A stretch of DNA of 64,000 nucleotides from Spirochaetia bacterium (GCA_963677925.2 CAXXYH010000003.1:256001-320000); one strand, 5' to 3'; positions 50,189-61,258 are shown, counted from the stretch's first letter. The notes: a model not told the origin generated them from the letters alone. Translations and numbers: made by a program.

Positions 50189-51388
50189 ATGGAGAACAGG
50201 GAAATAAAAAAATTACTTACTGAACTTAACAGCCTTGACTGGTCAAAGATGTTCGGAGGAGATTTTCTGCTCACCTGGGATAAAACATTCGACGAACTTG
50301 ATGCCGTTTTCAAAACCGCTGAACTGCTCAGGCTGCTGCGTAAAGCCAATATATCTCCAAGAATATTTGATTCCGGTCTTGCTGTTTCAATCTTCAGGGA
50401 TAATTCCACCAGAACAAGGTTTTCTTTTGCCAGTGCTGCAAACCTGCTTGGCCTAACGGTTCAGGATCTTGATGAACAGAAATCTCAGATCGCACACGGA
50501 GAAACCGTCAGAGAAACCGCATGTATGATTAGTTTTCTTACAGAAGCAATCGGAATAAGAGATGATATCTTCATAGGAGAAGGACACACCTACATGACGG
50601 AAGTAGCAAAATCACTCAGTGAAGATTTTAAGGACGGCATTATTCCTTCAAGACCTGCACTTGTGAACCTTCAGTGCGATCTTGACCACCCGACTCAGGG
50701 TATGGCTGATACACTACACCTCATAAATACCTTCGGCGGTATTGACCAGCTCAAGGGTAAAAAGGTAGCAATGACCTGGGCATATTCTCCATCTTACGGG
50801 AAACCTCTTTCTGTTCCGCAGGGAGTGATCGGGTTGATGAGCCGCTTCGGAATGGATGTGAGTCTTGCATATCCGAAGGGGTACAATCTTATAGATGAAA
50901 CAGTTGAAATTGCAAAAGGATTTTCTGCTAAAAGCGGCGGAAGCTTTACTGTCACAAACTCAATGGAAGAAGCATTTGAAGGTGCTGATATAGTTTACCC
51001 GAAAAGCTGGGCTCCTTTCAGCGTGATGGAAAAACGTACTAAACTATTTCGGGAAAATGATCGTGAGGGTCTTGTTCAGTTAGAGAAAAACTGTCTGGAA
51101 CAGAACAAAGATTATATGTCATGGGAATGCAGTGAAGAACTTATGACTAAGACAAAAAACGGAAAAGCCGTGTATATGCATTGCCTGCCGGCAGATATAA
51201 GCGGAGTGAGCTGTGAACATGGAGAAGTAGCGGCTTCTGTATTTGACAGGTATCGTAAAACAACTTATATAGAAGCAGGATATAAACCTTATATAATTGC
51301 CGCCATGATCTTTTTAAGCAAGGTCATGAATCCTGTTTCAGGAATTCATGATCTTATTAAAAAGTCATCTTTCAGATCTCTAATATAG
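50189..51388 (+). CDS. ygeW: YgeW knotted carbamoyltransferase
   Basis: DFLLTW, FRDNSTRTRFS, NLQCDLDHPTQ, WAYSPSYGKPLSVPQG, YPKSWAP, HCLPADI. Confidence 0.93.
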   Translation: MENREIKKLLTELNSLDWSKMFGGDFLLTWDKTFDELDAVFKTAELLRLLRKANISPRIFDSGLAVSIFRDNSTRTRFSFASAANLLGLTVQDLDEQKSQIAHGETVRETACMISFLTEAIGIRDDIFIGEGHTYMTEVAKSLSEDFKDGIIPSRPALVNLQCDLDHPTQGMADTLHLINTFGGIDQLKGKKVAMTWAYSPSYGKPLSVPQGVIGLMSRFGMDVSLAYPKGYNLIDETVEIAKGFSAKSGGSFTVTNSMEEAFEGADIVYPKSWAPFSVMEKRTKLFRENDREGLVQLEKNCLEQNKDYMSWECSEELMTKTKNGKAVYMHCLPADISGVSCEHGEVAASVFDRYRKTTYIEAGYKPYIIAAMIFLSKVMNPVSGIHDLIKKSSFRSLI

Positions 51389-51402
51389 TAAATGTTTTAC
51401 AT

Positions 51403-51441
51403 AAAAAGAGCTGTCCGAAGTAACACTAAGGACAGCTCAAA
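51403..51441. terminator. Hairpin between the convergent ygeW and gdhA genes
   Basis: GAGCTGTCC...GGACAGCTC with an upstream A-run (U-tract on the minus strand). Confidence 0.72.
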
Positions 51442-51478
51442 ATATTAGTTGGAAAAAGTGATTTAAATTTTAACCTGA

Positions 51479-52876
<1,398 letters not shown>

Positions 52877-52941
52877 TCAGGCCTTTTTGTTTGTCAAGAA
52901 AAAATACTTCATTTTTTTCACATAAATCTCTGTTATATCTC

Positions 52942-55902
52942 TTACTTTTGTATGACAGACATAGAGTTTTTACCATCCATAATAACTTTAAATGGCTTAT
53001 CGTTCACAATATGGGTAAAATACTGATACTTTATAGCACCTTTAAAGTCTTTTATGTGATTCCAATCAATATTTGACCTTTTTTTCTTCTTGTGCGGAAC
53101 ATTAAAATAGCCGATATTCATTGCAACGACATTATGAAAAAAATGTGTGCCCTGCGAAGGTTCTATATCGAAATTTTCAAGTCCAACTTCAACAATTACT
53201 CTAGCCTTGCTTATTTGGGACCATAAAACAGGAATTCCAAGAAATCTATCACGCGATCCCCAGCGTCCGGGAGCAATAAGGATGTATTCTCTACCCGCTT
53301 CTTTCATCTCATCATTGAGCATTTCAATTTCCTGCTGCATTTCCATTGTCTTTGTATTATCAAAATCCTCCGGAGCTATAAAAATTATGTCTCTGATATC
53401 ATCTATGAGACCGTTTCCAAGCCCTTCTTCCGTGTAGAGAATCAGATCATCCTTATCCAGACTTTCAAAATCGATACATGCCTCATCAAGATTAACTGTC
53501 ATAGGACGGACCTGAAGCAGGTAAAAGGACGGCAGCTCATCCGCCGTTTTCATTAAATCGACGGCAAACTCTATTTCAACAGGCACTCCAAGTGCAGCCT
53601 GTGCCATCTCCAGAACCTCTTTAACAATATCCGAAAGTGGAAATACGTTATATTTCAGAATATTGGCAAAATTAATTACTCTGGGCCCCGGCGAACTGAT
53701 ACCGTCAACCATCCGCTGGTTTTCAGAATCCCAGACTGAAGCCATGTGATAAAGATTCCTGTGTTTTTCGGCAACATTGACCCGCAGCCTGGAAAGTGTT
53801 TCATATTCTCCTTTAAGAATATCCGTGTCTTTCTTATTCAGATCTATTGCATAGAAATGCGTCTGAGTAGATTTTACAATCTCCTCATCGGAAAGATACG
53901 AAACAGTAGGATATTCCGGACAGAAGCGGTAGTTTTTCTCACCGTCAACAACAGCCTGCCCCAGCCCCACAGCAATTGAAGCAACTCCGTCCGTATTTTT
54001 CATATTCCCAAGGGGATAGTAATTAAAGGACTGTCCGACTCCGGAGACATGCGGGTAATAGTAGCTGTCATAAGAACGCCCTACAACTTCCTGTATAACC
54101 ACCGCCATCCTCTCTTCTTCAATGAGGTAATTAAGATTTTCAATGTATTTTCGAGTATTATTAAGAAATACTGATGAATAAACAAGTTTAATTGCATTTG
54201 TAAGCTGTTTCAGCCGCTGCTCAATACTGTCGTCATTATTTGGGATCATATATGTCTGATAAACACCGGCAAAAGGCTGAGATTGTGAATCTTCAAGCAG
54301 CCCCGAAGAACGTACTGCAAGCGGAACCCTGACTTCTTCAAGAAAAAGCATCAGTTTTTCGTTAACAAACGGCGAGAGTCTTCCTGCAACAAATTTTTGT
54401 TTGATATCCTCGTCATCAGGACTATTTCTGAGTTCAAAAAGGTTGTTTTCATTTACAAAATCACTGAATACCGATGTTCCAATAATTGTTGTCCTTGGAA
54501 TTTTAACCAGAACATCCTTGAATTTATTCTCAAACTCGGTAGTCACCAGAAAAGAGTTAAAAAAGGCTAGACCGCGCCCTTTCCCACCGAGAGATCCTGA
54601 TCCAATTCGATTGATTACACCGTCATTCTTTAGACTTTCTAGATTAAGGCTTACTATCTTACCGCGGTTTCTCATTCGACGCAGCTTCATAAACTGCTGA
54701 AGAAGATACTTGCGGTAGGTATCGTAGTTATTAAAATCCTCAGCTTCAACCGGCCGAAGGATTCTTGCCAGCTGCATTTCTCCATGCGCAATCAGCCATG
54801 ATGAGAAATCTTTTTTCCGGCTGTGATTAAGCAGTGATTCAAGCGGCAATTCCGGAATAATTCTTTCAAAATCACCAAGATTTCTGGCCCTTGCTATTTC
54901 CCCGCCATCTTCATCCTTGAAAACCAGATCTCCGAAACCAAGATTCTCGATTATAAAATTGCGCAGATCTTTCAGAAGAAACTGGGACTGCTTATGAAAG
55001 AAATTAACCCCGAGCTGTTCAGCTCTTCTTCTGTTTGTGAGCACCGATGACTGAAGAATACAGGGCATATCAGGATTCTCATTTCTTATCTTTCCAAGAA
55101 ATTTAACTCCTGCATCTCCATCCAGAGCGTGGTCTTTATAAAACTCCATATCTGACATAACGCAGAGAATATGCTCCTGGTACTGTTCATAAAGTTCCAC
55201 ACCTTTTTCATAGTTATCGGTTACAATAACCTTTGGTCTTGTACGCATCCGGTTGTATTTCTGGTTATCATTAAGCTCTTCGGATATCAGCCGCTGAGTC
55301 TGCTCCATAATTTCGGTATATAGAAGCGGCAGGTATATTGAGATAAAGTTAATTGAATCTTCAACAAGGAGAATCACCTTAACCAGTCCGTGTTCAGTAT
55401 CATAAGGAGCATTTTTTTTATCCTCGATAAACTTAATCATTGCAAGAATAAGCTTGGAATCACCGTTCCAGAGAAATATATTCTCAATATGCTCAAGCCG
55501 GTTCCGGTTTCTGTTTACAAGCGCTATATCAGACTGTACTGTTAAAAGCAGGATCACAGGAACATCAGGCTGTACTTCCTTAATCTTGGCAGAGAGTTCA
55601 AAACTGCTCTCTTCACCCGTCCTGAGAGTTGTAATTACAAGATCAAAGCGTCTTTCGCGCAGCAGATTAAGCGCATCAGTACCGGTAGGCGTACTCGTTA
55701 TCCTTGGCACCGTAGTCAGGTTTAGCTGATGATACTCGCCTACTATCTGCTCTGAAAGTAGAGAATCATGCTCAAATATATAAGCATCATAAAAAGTTGA
55801 GATAAGAAGTATCTCTTTAACGCGGTACTGCATCAGATTATGAAAGTTATCTTCACCGTATTTAAATTTGTCATAGTAAAATCTCAGTTCTTCAAGATTC
55901 AT
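52942..55902 (-). CDS. Receiver-domain plus PPDK_N (PEP synthase nucleotide-binding) protein
   Basis: REC-like ILLVEDS..VMSDME; GGKGRGLAF, PLAVRSSGLLED..FAGVY, VEIEFA, LLQVRP; no pyruvate-binding barrel. Confidence 0.85.
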   Translation of the reverse strand: MNLEELRFYYDKFKYGEDNFHNLMQYRVKEILLISTFYDAYIFEHDSLLSEQIVGEYHQLNLTTVPRITSTPTGTDALNLLRERRFDLVITTLRTGEESSFELSAKIKEVQPDVPVILLLTVQSDIALVNRNRNRLEHIENIFLWNGDSKLILAMIKFIEDKKNAPYDTEHGLVKVILLVEDSINFISIYLPLLYTEIMEQTQRLISEELNDNQKYNRMRTRPKVIVTDNYEKGVELYEQYQEHILCVMSDMEFYKDHALDGDAGVKFLGKIRNENPDMPCILQSSVLTNRRRAEQLGVNFFHKQSQFLLKDLRNFIIENLGFGDLVFKDEDGGEIARARNLGDFERIIPELPLESLLNHSRKKDFSSWLIAHGEMQLARILRPVEAEDFNNYDTYRKYLLQQFMKLRRMRNRGKIVSLNLESLKNDGVINRIGSGSLGGKGRGLAFFNSFLVTTEFENKFKDVLVKIPRTTIIGTSVFSDFVNENNLFELRNSPDDEDIKQKFVAGRLSPFVNEKLMLFLEEVRVPLAVRSSGLLEDSQSQPFAGVYQTYMIPNNDDSIEQRLKQLTNAIKLVYSSVFLNNTRKYIENLNYLIEEERMAVVIQEVVGRSYDSYYYPHVSGVGQSFNYYPLGNMKNTDGVASIAVGLGQAVVDGEKNYRFCPEYPTVSYLSDEEIVKSTQTHFYAIDLNKKDTDILKGEYETLSRLRVNVAEKHRNLYHMASVWDSENQRMVDGISSPGPRVINFANILKYNVFPLSDIVKEVLEMAQAALGVPVEIEFAVDLMKTADELPSFYLLQVRPMTVNLDEACIDFESLDKDDLILYTEEGLGNGLIDDIRDIIFIAPEDFDNTKTMEMQQEIEMLNDEMKEAGREYILIAPGRWGSRDRFLGIPVLWSQISKARVIVEVGLENFDIEPSQGTHFFHNVVAMNIGYFNVPHKKKKRSNIDWNHIKDFKGAIKYQYFTHIVNDKPFKVIMDGKNSMSVIQK

Positions 55903-55972
55903 ATAATTCTCCCCTTTCAGCTTAAGCCGATGATCTGCCTATGGTCAATATATAACTTTTAGGTAATTTTGT

Positions 55973-56001
55973 TTGCATGATTCATTCTTATCTGGTATTA
56001 T
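55973..56001 (+). promoter_or_regulatory. sigma70 promoter with extended -10 for the M20 hydrolase
   Basis: TTGCAT-17 nt-TATTAT, with TG 1 nt upstream of the -10. Confidence 0.65.
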
Positions 56002-56090
56002 GTATATATATGTTCGGGCAAACATTTTTAACACATCCGGATTACCCGCCGGACTAAAATGTTTGTAATTTTTCAGGAGGACGATATCAT

Positions 56091-57338
56091 ATGGATCTAA
56101 AAGAATTACGGATCGATGGTGCCAGATTAAAAAGCACCCTCGAAGAATCGGCCAAAATCGGAAAAACTGAGAATAATGGTCTGATTAGATGTGCCGCAAC
56201 TGATGAAGATAAAATTGGAAGAGATCTTCTTGTTAAATGGTACAAGGAATGTGGTTGTGAAATCACTATTGATGAAATGGGAAACATTTTTGCCCGTCGT
56301 CCGGGTAAGAATCCGGAACTCGGTGCAGTAATGACCGGGTCGCATTTTGACACTCAAAAACCCGGCGGAAGGTTTGACGGTATTCTTGGTGTTCTTGGAG
56401 CACTTGAGGTAATGCGTGTTATCAACGAGAATAACATTGAACTTGAAAGAGATTTTATTATAGTAGACTGGACCAATGAAGAAGGCGGCTGGTTTGCTCC
56501 CGCATGTATGGGTTCAGGTGTTTGGGTTGGTAATCATACTAAAGAATGGGCCTATGAAAGAAAGGACCGTGACGGAAACACCGTTTTCGGTGAAGAGCTT
56601 GAGAGAATCGGCTACAAGGGCACTTACCCATGCTCCCACAAAGAATGGAATATCTATGCTGCGTACGAACTTCATATCGAGCAGGGACCACAGCTTGAAA
56701 AAGAAGGAATCCAGATTGGAGCTCCCAAGGGAATTCTCTGTCTTCACTGGTATGACATCTACCTTGAAGGTACAGCCAACCAGGTTGGACCGACACCAAT
56801 GGTAGGCAGAAACGATGCGCTCCTGGCATTTTCTGAAATGAATATGGTGGTAAATAAAGTAGCTCATCAGTTCGGTGATATGGTTGGAACAGTAGGCGAA
56901 ATTCAGAACTATCCTAATTCAAGAAACATCATTCCGGACAAGGTTCACTTCACAGTAGACATTCGTTCATGGGATGATGATCATGCTATCAAAGCATGGG
57001 AAATGATGAAGAAAGAGTTTGAAGTTATTGCTGAGCGGAGAGGATGTCCTATCAGAACAGAAGAAACCTGGAAAGTAGCTCATGCACCATTCGATAAGGA
57101 TTTATGGGATCGTGTAGTAGAAACATCCGAAGAACTCGGCTATTCATCAATGCGGATGGTATCAGGTGCCGGCCACGATATGAGTGAAGTTAATCAGGTT
57201 ACCAGAGGCGCAATGATCTTTGTTCCGTCTATCAACGGACGCAGTCACGTAGAAGTTGAAGACACTCCTTATGAAGACTGTGAAAGAGGTGCAAACGTGC
57301 TTCTCCACTGTATTCTAAAGACTGCAAACGAAAAATAA
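56091..57338 (+). CDS. Zn-dependent N-carbamoyl-amino acid hydrolase (beta-ureidopropionase/allantoate amidohydrolase family)
   Basis: GSHFDT..GGRFDG, NEEG, ELHIEQGP, SGAGHD, MIFVPS. Confidence 0.9.
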   Translation: MDLKELRIDGARLKSTLEESAKIGKTENNGLIRCAATDEDKIGRDLLVKWYKECGCEITIDEMGNIFARRPGKNPELGAVMTGSHFDTQKPGGRFDGILGVLGALEVMRVINENNIELERDFIIVDWTNEEGGWFAPACMGSGVWVGNHTKEWAYERKDRDGNTVFGEELERIGYKGTYPCSHKEWNIYAAYELHIEQGPQLEKEGIQIGAPKGILCLHWYDIYLEGTANQVGPTPMVGRNDALLAFSEMNMVVNKVAHQFGDMVGTVGEIQNYPNSRNIIPDKVHFTVDIRSWDDDHAIKAWEMMKKEFEVIAERRGCPIRTEETWKVAHAPFDKDLWDRVVETSEELGYSSMRMVSGAGHDMSEVNQVTRGAMIFVPSINGRSHVEVEDTPYEDCERGANVLLHCILKTANEK

Positions 57339-57382
57339 ATTTACCAATAACACACAAAGCTACTATCCGTAGCATAAAATAC

Positions 57383-57408
57383 AGGCAGCTTAACAGCTGC
57401 CTTTTTTT
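57383..57408 (+). terminator. Intrinsic terminator
   Basis: AGGCAGCT-TAAC-AGCTGCCT followed by a T-run. Confidence 0.88.
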
Positions 57409-57417
57409 AAACGTTAT

Positions 57418-58419
57418 TCAAAAAAAACTTCGGATTTTTTTAAAAATAAGAAATAAAGGATAGCCAAGACATCCGCCAGCACTGTTGAGTGCAAGATCAA
57501 GCATTGATGAATTCCTGCCGGGTATCCCGACCTGAAGTAATTCTATAAATAAACTAACTCCAAAAGAGATGCATAGCACAATTAGAAACCTGCGAATCTT
57601 TCTTTTTTTAATCTTCTGAAAGCTCAATATCGAAGAAATAAAACCCAATGGAATAAAACCCAAAAAGTTAATTACAGCGTCTCTTTGTAAATTTCTTGAA
57701 TAAAATAGATCAAAACCTGTGTTTTGCAGATAAACAGGATATATATTGCTGTTCTTTTGAGGGATAATAATATCAGAACGCTTTGATATTGTATCGACTG
57801 AAATTTCTTCGACTGCAATATCATTATTTTTATAAAAGCTTATATTTGAAATTGCCCCATGCCACGGAGCGGTACCGGAAGAGTGATTACCTATTATCAA
57901 TCGATAATTTTTTTTTGAAGGTTCAAGTTTTAAAACTAAATTGTCAGAGGTTCTTTCAAGTACACCATCAACGTACACAGTTGTTTTTTTAAATCCGCCA
58001 GCAACCTTAATTTTGTAGCTCCCCGGCTTTTCACTAAGCGGTACATAAATTTTAGGTTCTTTTCTATTATTGCTGTAATCATCTCCGTTCATTATCATCA
58101 GACTGTTTTGCCATTGACCGATTACAAACTGCTTTTTGCTATCTCCGTAAGTCAGCATTAAAAGTACGCTGAATCTTTTTTCATCGAGACGCTCAGGCTT
58201 AACAGTTAATTCAATAATAAAACCGTCATCAAAACTATGTTTTGCTAAAAAACCTTCATCGGTATATAACATAGAGTTTTTTGTAAATATCAAATCGGAA
58301 TCCGAATCTATATCAAAGCTATTAATGGATGCCTGTCCATTTTTTTTAAGACCGAAATACAAAATGAAAGACAGGATAATGATAAAAGATATGATACAAA
58401 GTAATTTTTTCAATCTCAT
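57418..58419 (-). CDS. VanZ-family membrane protein with a LamG-like extracytoplasmic domain
   Basis: DAVINFLGFIPLG, IELLQ..IPGRNSSMLDL..N..G; LamG-like VYVDG, LIIGN, WHGAI. Confidence 0.8.
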   Translation of the reverse strand: MRLKKLLCIISFIIILSFILYFGLKKNGQASINSFDIDSDSDLIFTKNSMLYTDEGFLAKHSFDDGFIIELTVKPERLDEKRFSVLLMLTYGDSKKQFVIGQWQNSLMIMNGDDYSNNRKEPKIYVPLSEKPGSYKIKVAGGFKKTTVYVDGVLERTSDNLVLKLEPSKKNYRLIIGNHSSGTAPWHGAISNISFYKNNDIAVEEISVDTISKRSDIIIPQKNSNIYPVYLQNTGFDLFYSRNLQRDAVINFLGFIPLGFISSILSFQKIKKRKIRRFLIVLCISFGVSLFIELLQVGIPGRNSSMLDLALNSAGGCLGYPLFLIFKKIRSFF

Positions 58420-58442
58420 TGCTTATAGTTTTTAAATTTATT

Positions 58443-58483
58443 ATCAGATTTTAGCAAGCCGTTAAAGCCTGCTAAAATCTGAT
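58443..58483. terminator. 14-bp perfect hairpin after the surface lipoprotein gene
   Basis: ATCAGATTTTAGCA...TGCTAAAATCTGAT. Confidence 0.6.
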
Positions 58484-58492
58484 TTAGAATTA

Positions 58493-61159
58493 TTAATCCT
58501 GTTCATATGCGCCAATAGACCAGCCTGTACTTCCATTCCCTGTTCTCAGGGTTCCATCAATATCATCAGTGAAAGACCAGCCGTTTGAACTTCCGTCAAT
58601 CGCTCCTTCTCTTACTGTTATATCTGCGCTTGAGGTAAGATGCCAATCGGCTGTCTCATCTACAAAATAAGTATTGCTGCCATCAACAAGATCGACAGAA
58701 ACATTAGAGCTTGCGCCTGTAATTGAACTATTCAGATCAGCAGCACTTATATAGTTCTCAGAACCTGAATTACCGTAGTAAAAAGAATCAAGTTGAAAAA
58801 AATTATTATTTTTTAAAGAAACCACGTCCCAGACTGATGTAGTTCTGCACAGACCATATGAACCGCCGTCGAATGTTTCATAATACTCATATACAATATT
58901 ATTATCAAAGGAAATTGTTACAGTTCCTGTATTCGCTGAAGTTTCACCAAAAGCATATGATGGAGAGGCATTACCATCTTCACCAATAATAAAAGTATTA
59001 TTTCTTACGATAAAAACAGGATTTGTACATGAGGCTAAATGGATTCCGCAGCTGCCGCCGTTAACGGGGTTAAACCTGAGATTAAACAGATTATTCAGGA
59101 TTGATGCAGTCCCTGTAAATGATGAAGCATAAACTGCATAAACGTATCTTGGCCCGGTCTGCATTTCTATAACATTATTTTTTAATATAAACCCATCTGA
59201 TGCTGAATATAATGCTACACCTACTCCTGTACTGTTTGACCCCTTTACAACTATATTATTGCTGCTGACGGTCAAATTCTGGCAGTTAGTCAGATAAAGC
59301 CCATAGGCGCTTCCTGAACTATTTATAGATTCGATAGTAAATCCGTCAATTGTAAGCCCTGTGCTTAAAGAACTTCCCGTGAACGCATATATTGTAGTAC
59401 TGGTTGAACCTTGACTTATTGTTGTTGTATTTACTGCAACATCTCTGGTCCACTCAGAACTTTCATATCCTCCGAACAACGAGACTCCATCCGCAAGAGT
59501 TATAGTCGAGGCACTGTCTATTACATATGTGCCGGATGCGACTTTTACTGTATCCCTTGCTGCAATCACCGCTTCATCAATGCCTTTCTGAATTGTAGCA
59601 TATGGAAGAACGGAAGACCCATCCCCGGTTGTATCATTTCCGGTCGTCGCGACGTAGACAGAACTGTCTGCACCCGCCTTAATAGTTGAAATTGAAATAT
59701 TACCGCCCAGACTGGACTCTGCACCAATTCGGATACAATCAAGCGCTATTGCAGAAGTTACCGTGCCGCTGCCGGTACTTCCTCCTGCATTAAGGGTCCA
59801 GAAACCGGTATCATATTCATATGTAAAAATTACAGTCTGTGCTGCAGCTGTAACAGCAGGCGACAGAAGAGCAGAACCAGGATCTCCACCTATACCCCAA
59901 CCGGACAGAGAGCCGATATTTCCGATGAAAAAATGTTCCGTTCCGGAAGAGCCGCCTGAATACAGACTTATTCCAGCCCAGCTTGTATTTGCAAACGTAC
60001 CGCTGCCAAGCTCTTCTGTTGTAAATGTCAATACAAGAGTTTCTCCTGAAGCAAGCGAGGAACTCAGATCTGCATAAGCATATTTGTCAGTAGCGGTTAA
60101 ACTGGTATCAATAATCCCGTTTGAAACGATAAAAGTACCAGAAGAGACCGACCAGACTCCTCCGACATCCGGAGTCAAACCGTCAAGTGAGCCATCCGTA
60201 CTGAAATCATCAAAAAATAAATCACTCAAAGCCGGTGAAGCTGTAGTTGCATTATTTGAGATATAAACAGCCTTGTTACCATCTTCATCTGAAACCAATA
60301 TGTTAATATAGTAAGAAGTGTTTGAGATCAAACTTCCTGCATTATAACTGGATATATTTGTCAGATTACTGCCGTTCAGTTTTGTACCGTTTAAGATACA
60401 GTCAGTGAGACTTGTTATATTATTTGCAGTGGAGATATAAACCTCATAATTGAGATTTGACTGACTTGTTGTCGTATCGGTTGCTGCAGACCATGATACT
60501 GTAAATGAAGAATCAGTAATAGATGAAATTGATAATATACCGCTGCCGCCGGGAACAGGCGGTACAGCATCTGCCCATGCTGCATATAAAGTAAGATCTG
60601 AATTTACAACATCAGAAGCGAGAATCCACTCCTGAGTAAGCAGGCTGTCTGTATACCATCCTGAAATTGAAAAGTCTGTTCTAACTGGATTCACAGGAAT
60701 AGAAACAAGCCCTCCCTTTTGCACATACTGAACAGGCAGAGACGTTCCGCCGTTCGTATTGAAGGTCACATAAAACCCAGCATATCCAAGGTTAATTACC
60801 AGCTCTGCATCTTCTCCTGCGGTAAGGTTAATTGTTGAATTTCCGGAAAACAGGACATTTCCATCTGCATCCAAAGCTTCAAGTACGAAACGCCGGTTGG
60901 GTCCTGCTTCAACCTCAATACTGATTGATTCTTCAGTAAACTCATACTCTATCGCCGACATATCATCAGCGGAAATACTTATTTTAAAGGAGATAACATC
61001 AGCTGCGGCAGTCCTGCTTTCCGCAGGGTTCAGGCCTGTATTAACAGTGACTCTTGTTGTTTCTATTAAAAAGTTGTTCAAAGGGTTACAGGTGGTGATT
61101 ACAAATATCATTGGAATTAAGAGTAATATAATTAAATACTTCATTATTTTGCTGGCCAT
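58493..61159 (-). CDS. Large surface lipoprotein with InlB B-repeat, FN3 and DUF1565/beta-helix domains
   Basis: Lipobox-like VITTC; VTFNTNGG..P.RTDF...GWY..DLTLYAAW; FN3 VSWSAATD; YVATTGND..GDGS..PYATIQKGI; NN-rich beta-helix; C-terminal IGAYE. Confidence 0.78.
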   Translation of the reverse strand: MASKIMKYLIILLLIPMIFVITTCNPLNNFLIETTRVTVNTGLNPAESRTAAADVISFKISISADDMSAIEYEFTEESISIEVEAGPNRRFVLEALDADGNVLFSGNSTINLTAGEDAELVINLGYAGFYVTFNTNGGTSLPVQYVQKGGLVSIPVNPVRTDFSISGWYTDSLLTQEWILASDVVNSDLTLYAAWADAVPPVPGGSGILSISSITDSSFTVSWSAATDTTTSQSNLNYEVYISTANNITSLTDCILNGTKLNGSNLTNISSYNAGSLISNTSYYINILVSDEDGNKAVYISNNATTASPALSDLFFDDFSTDGSLDGLTPDVGGVWSVSSGTFIVSNGIIDTSLTATDKYAYADLSSSLASGETLVLTFTTEELGSGTFANTSWAGISLYSGGSSGTEHFFIGNIGSLSGWGIGGDPGSALLSPAVTAAAQTVIFTYEYDTGFWTLNAGGSTGSGTVTSAIALDCIRIGAESSLGGNISISTIKAGADSSVYVATTGNDTTGDGSSVLPYATIQKGIDEAVIAARDTVKVASGTYVIDSASTITLADGVSLFGGYESSEWTRDVAVNTTTISQGSTSTTIYAFTGSSLSTGLTIDGFTIESINSSGSAYGLYLTNCQNLTVSSNNIVVKGSNSTGVGVALYSASDGFILKNNVIEMQTGPRYVYAVYASSFTGTASILNNLFNLRFNPVNGGSCGIHLASCTNPVFIVRNNTFIIGEDGNASPSYAFGETSANTGTVTISFDNNIVYEYYETFDGGSYGLCRTTSVWDVVSLKNNNFFQLDSFYYGNSGSENYISAADLNSSITGASSNVSVDLVDGSNTYFVDETADWHLTSSADITVREGAIDGSSNGWSFTDDIDGTLRTGNGSTGWSIGAYEQD

Positions 61160-61258
61160 ACTATTCTCCATATACCGGGGGCTGCCCCTATCCGCATCAG
61201 GAACCTGCAGAATTATTAAAGGTGTGAGAACTCTCTTCATGCAGAACTCCGGCTAAAA

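Noticed and set aside
37131-51388. Selenocysteine read-through in the Mo-hydroxylase/YgeY cluster
   Set aside because: ORFs are full length for their families; the TGA stops overlap downstream starts. Any Se use would be a non-Sec cofactor, which cannot be seen here.
61190-61215. CTGATG on the minus strand as a hammerhead ribozyme core
   Set aside because: Reads CTGATGCG rather than CTGATGA, with no correctly placed GAAA.
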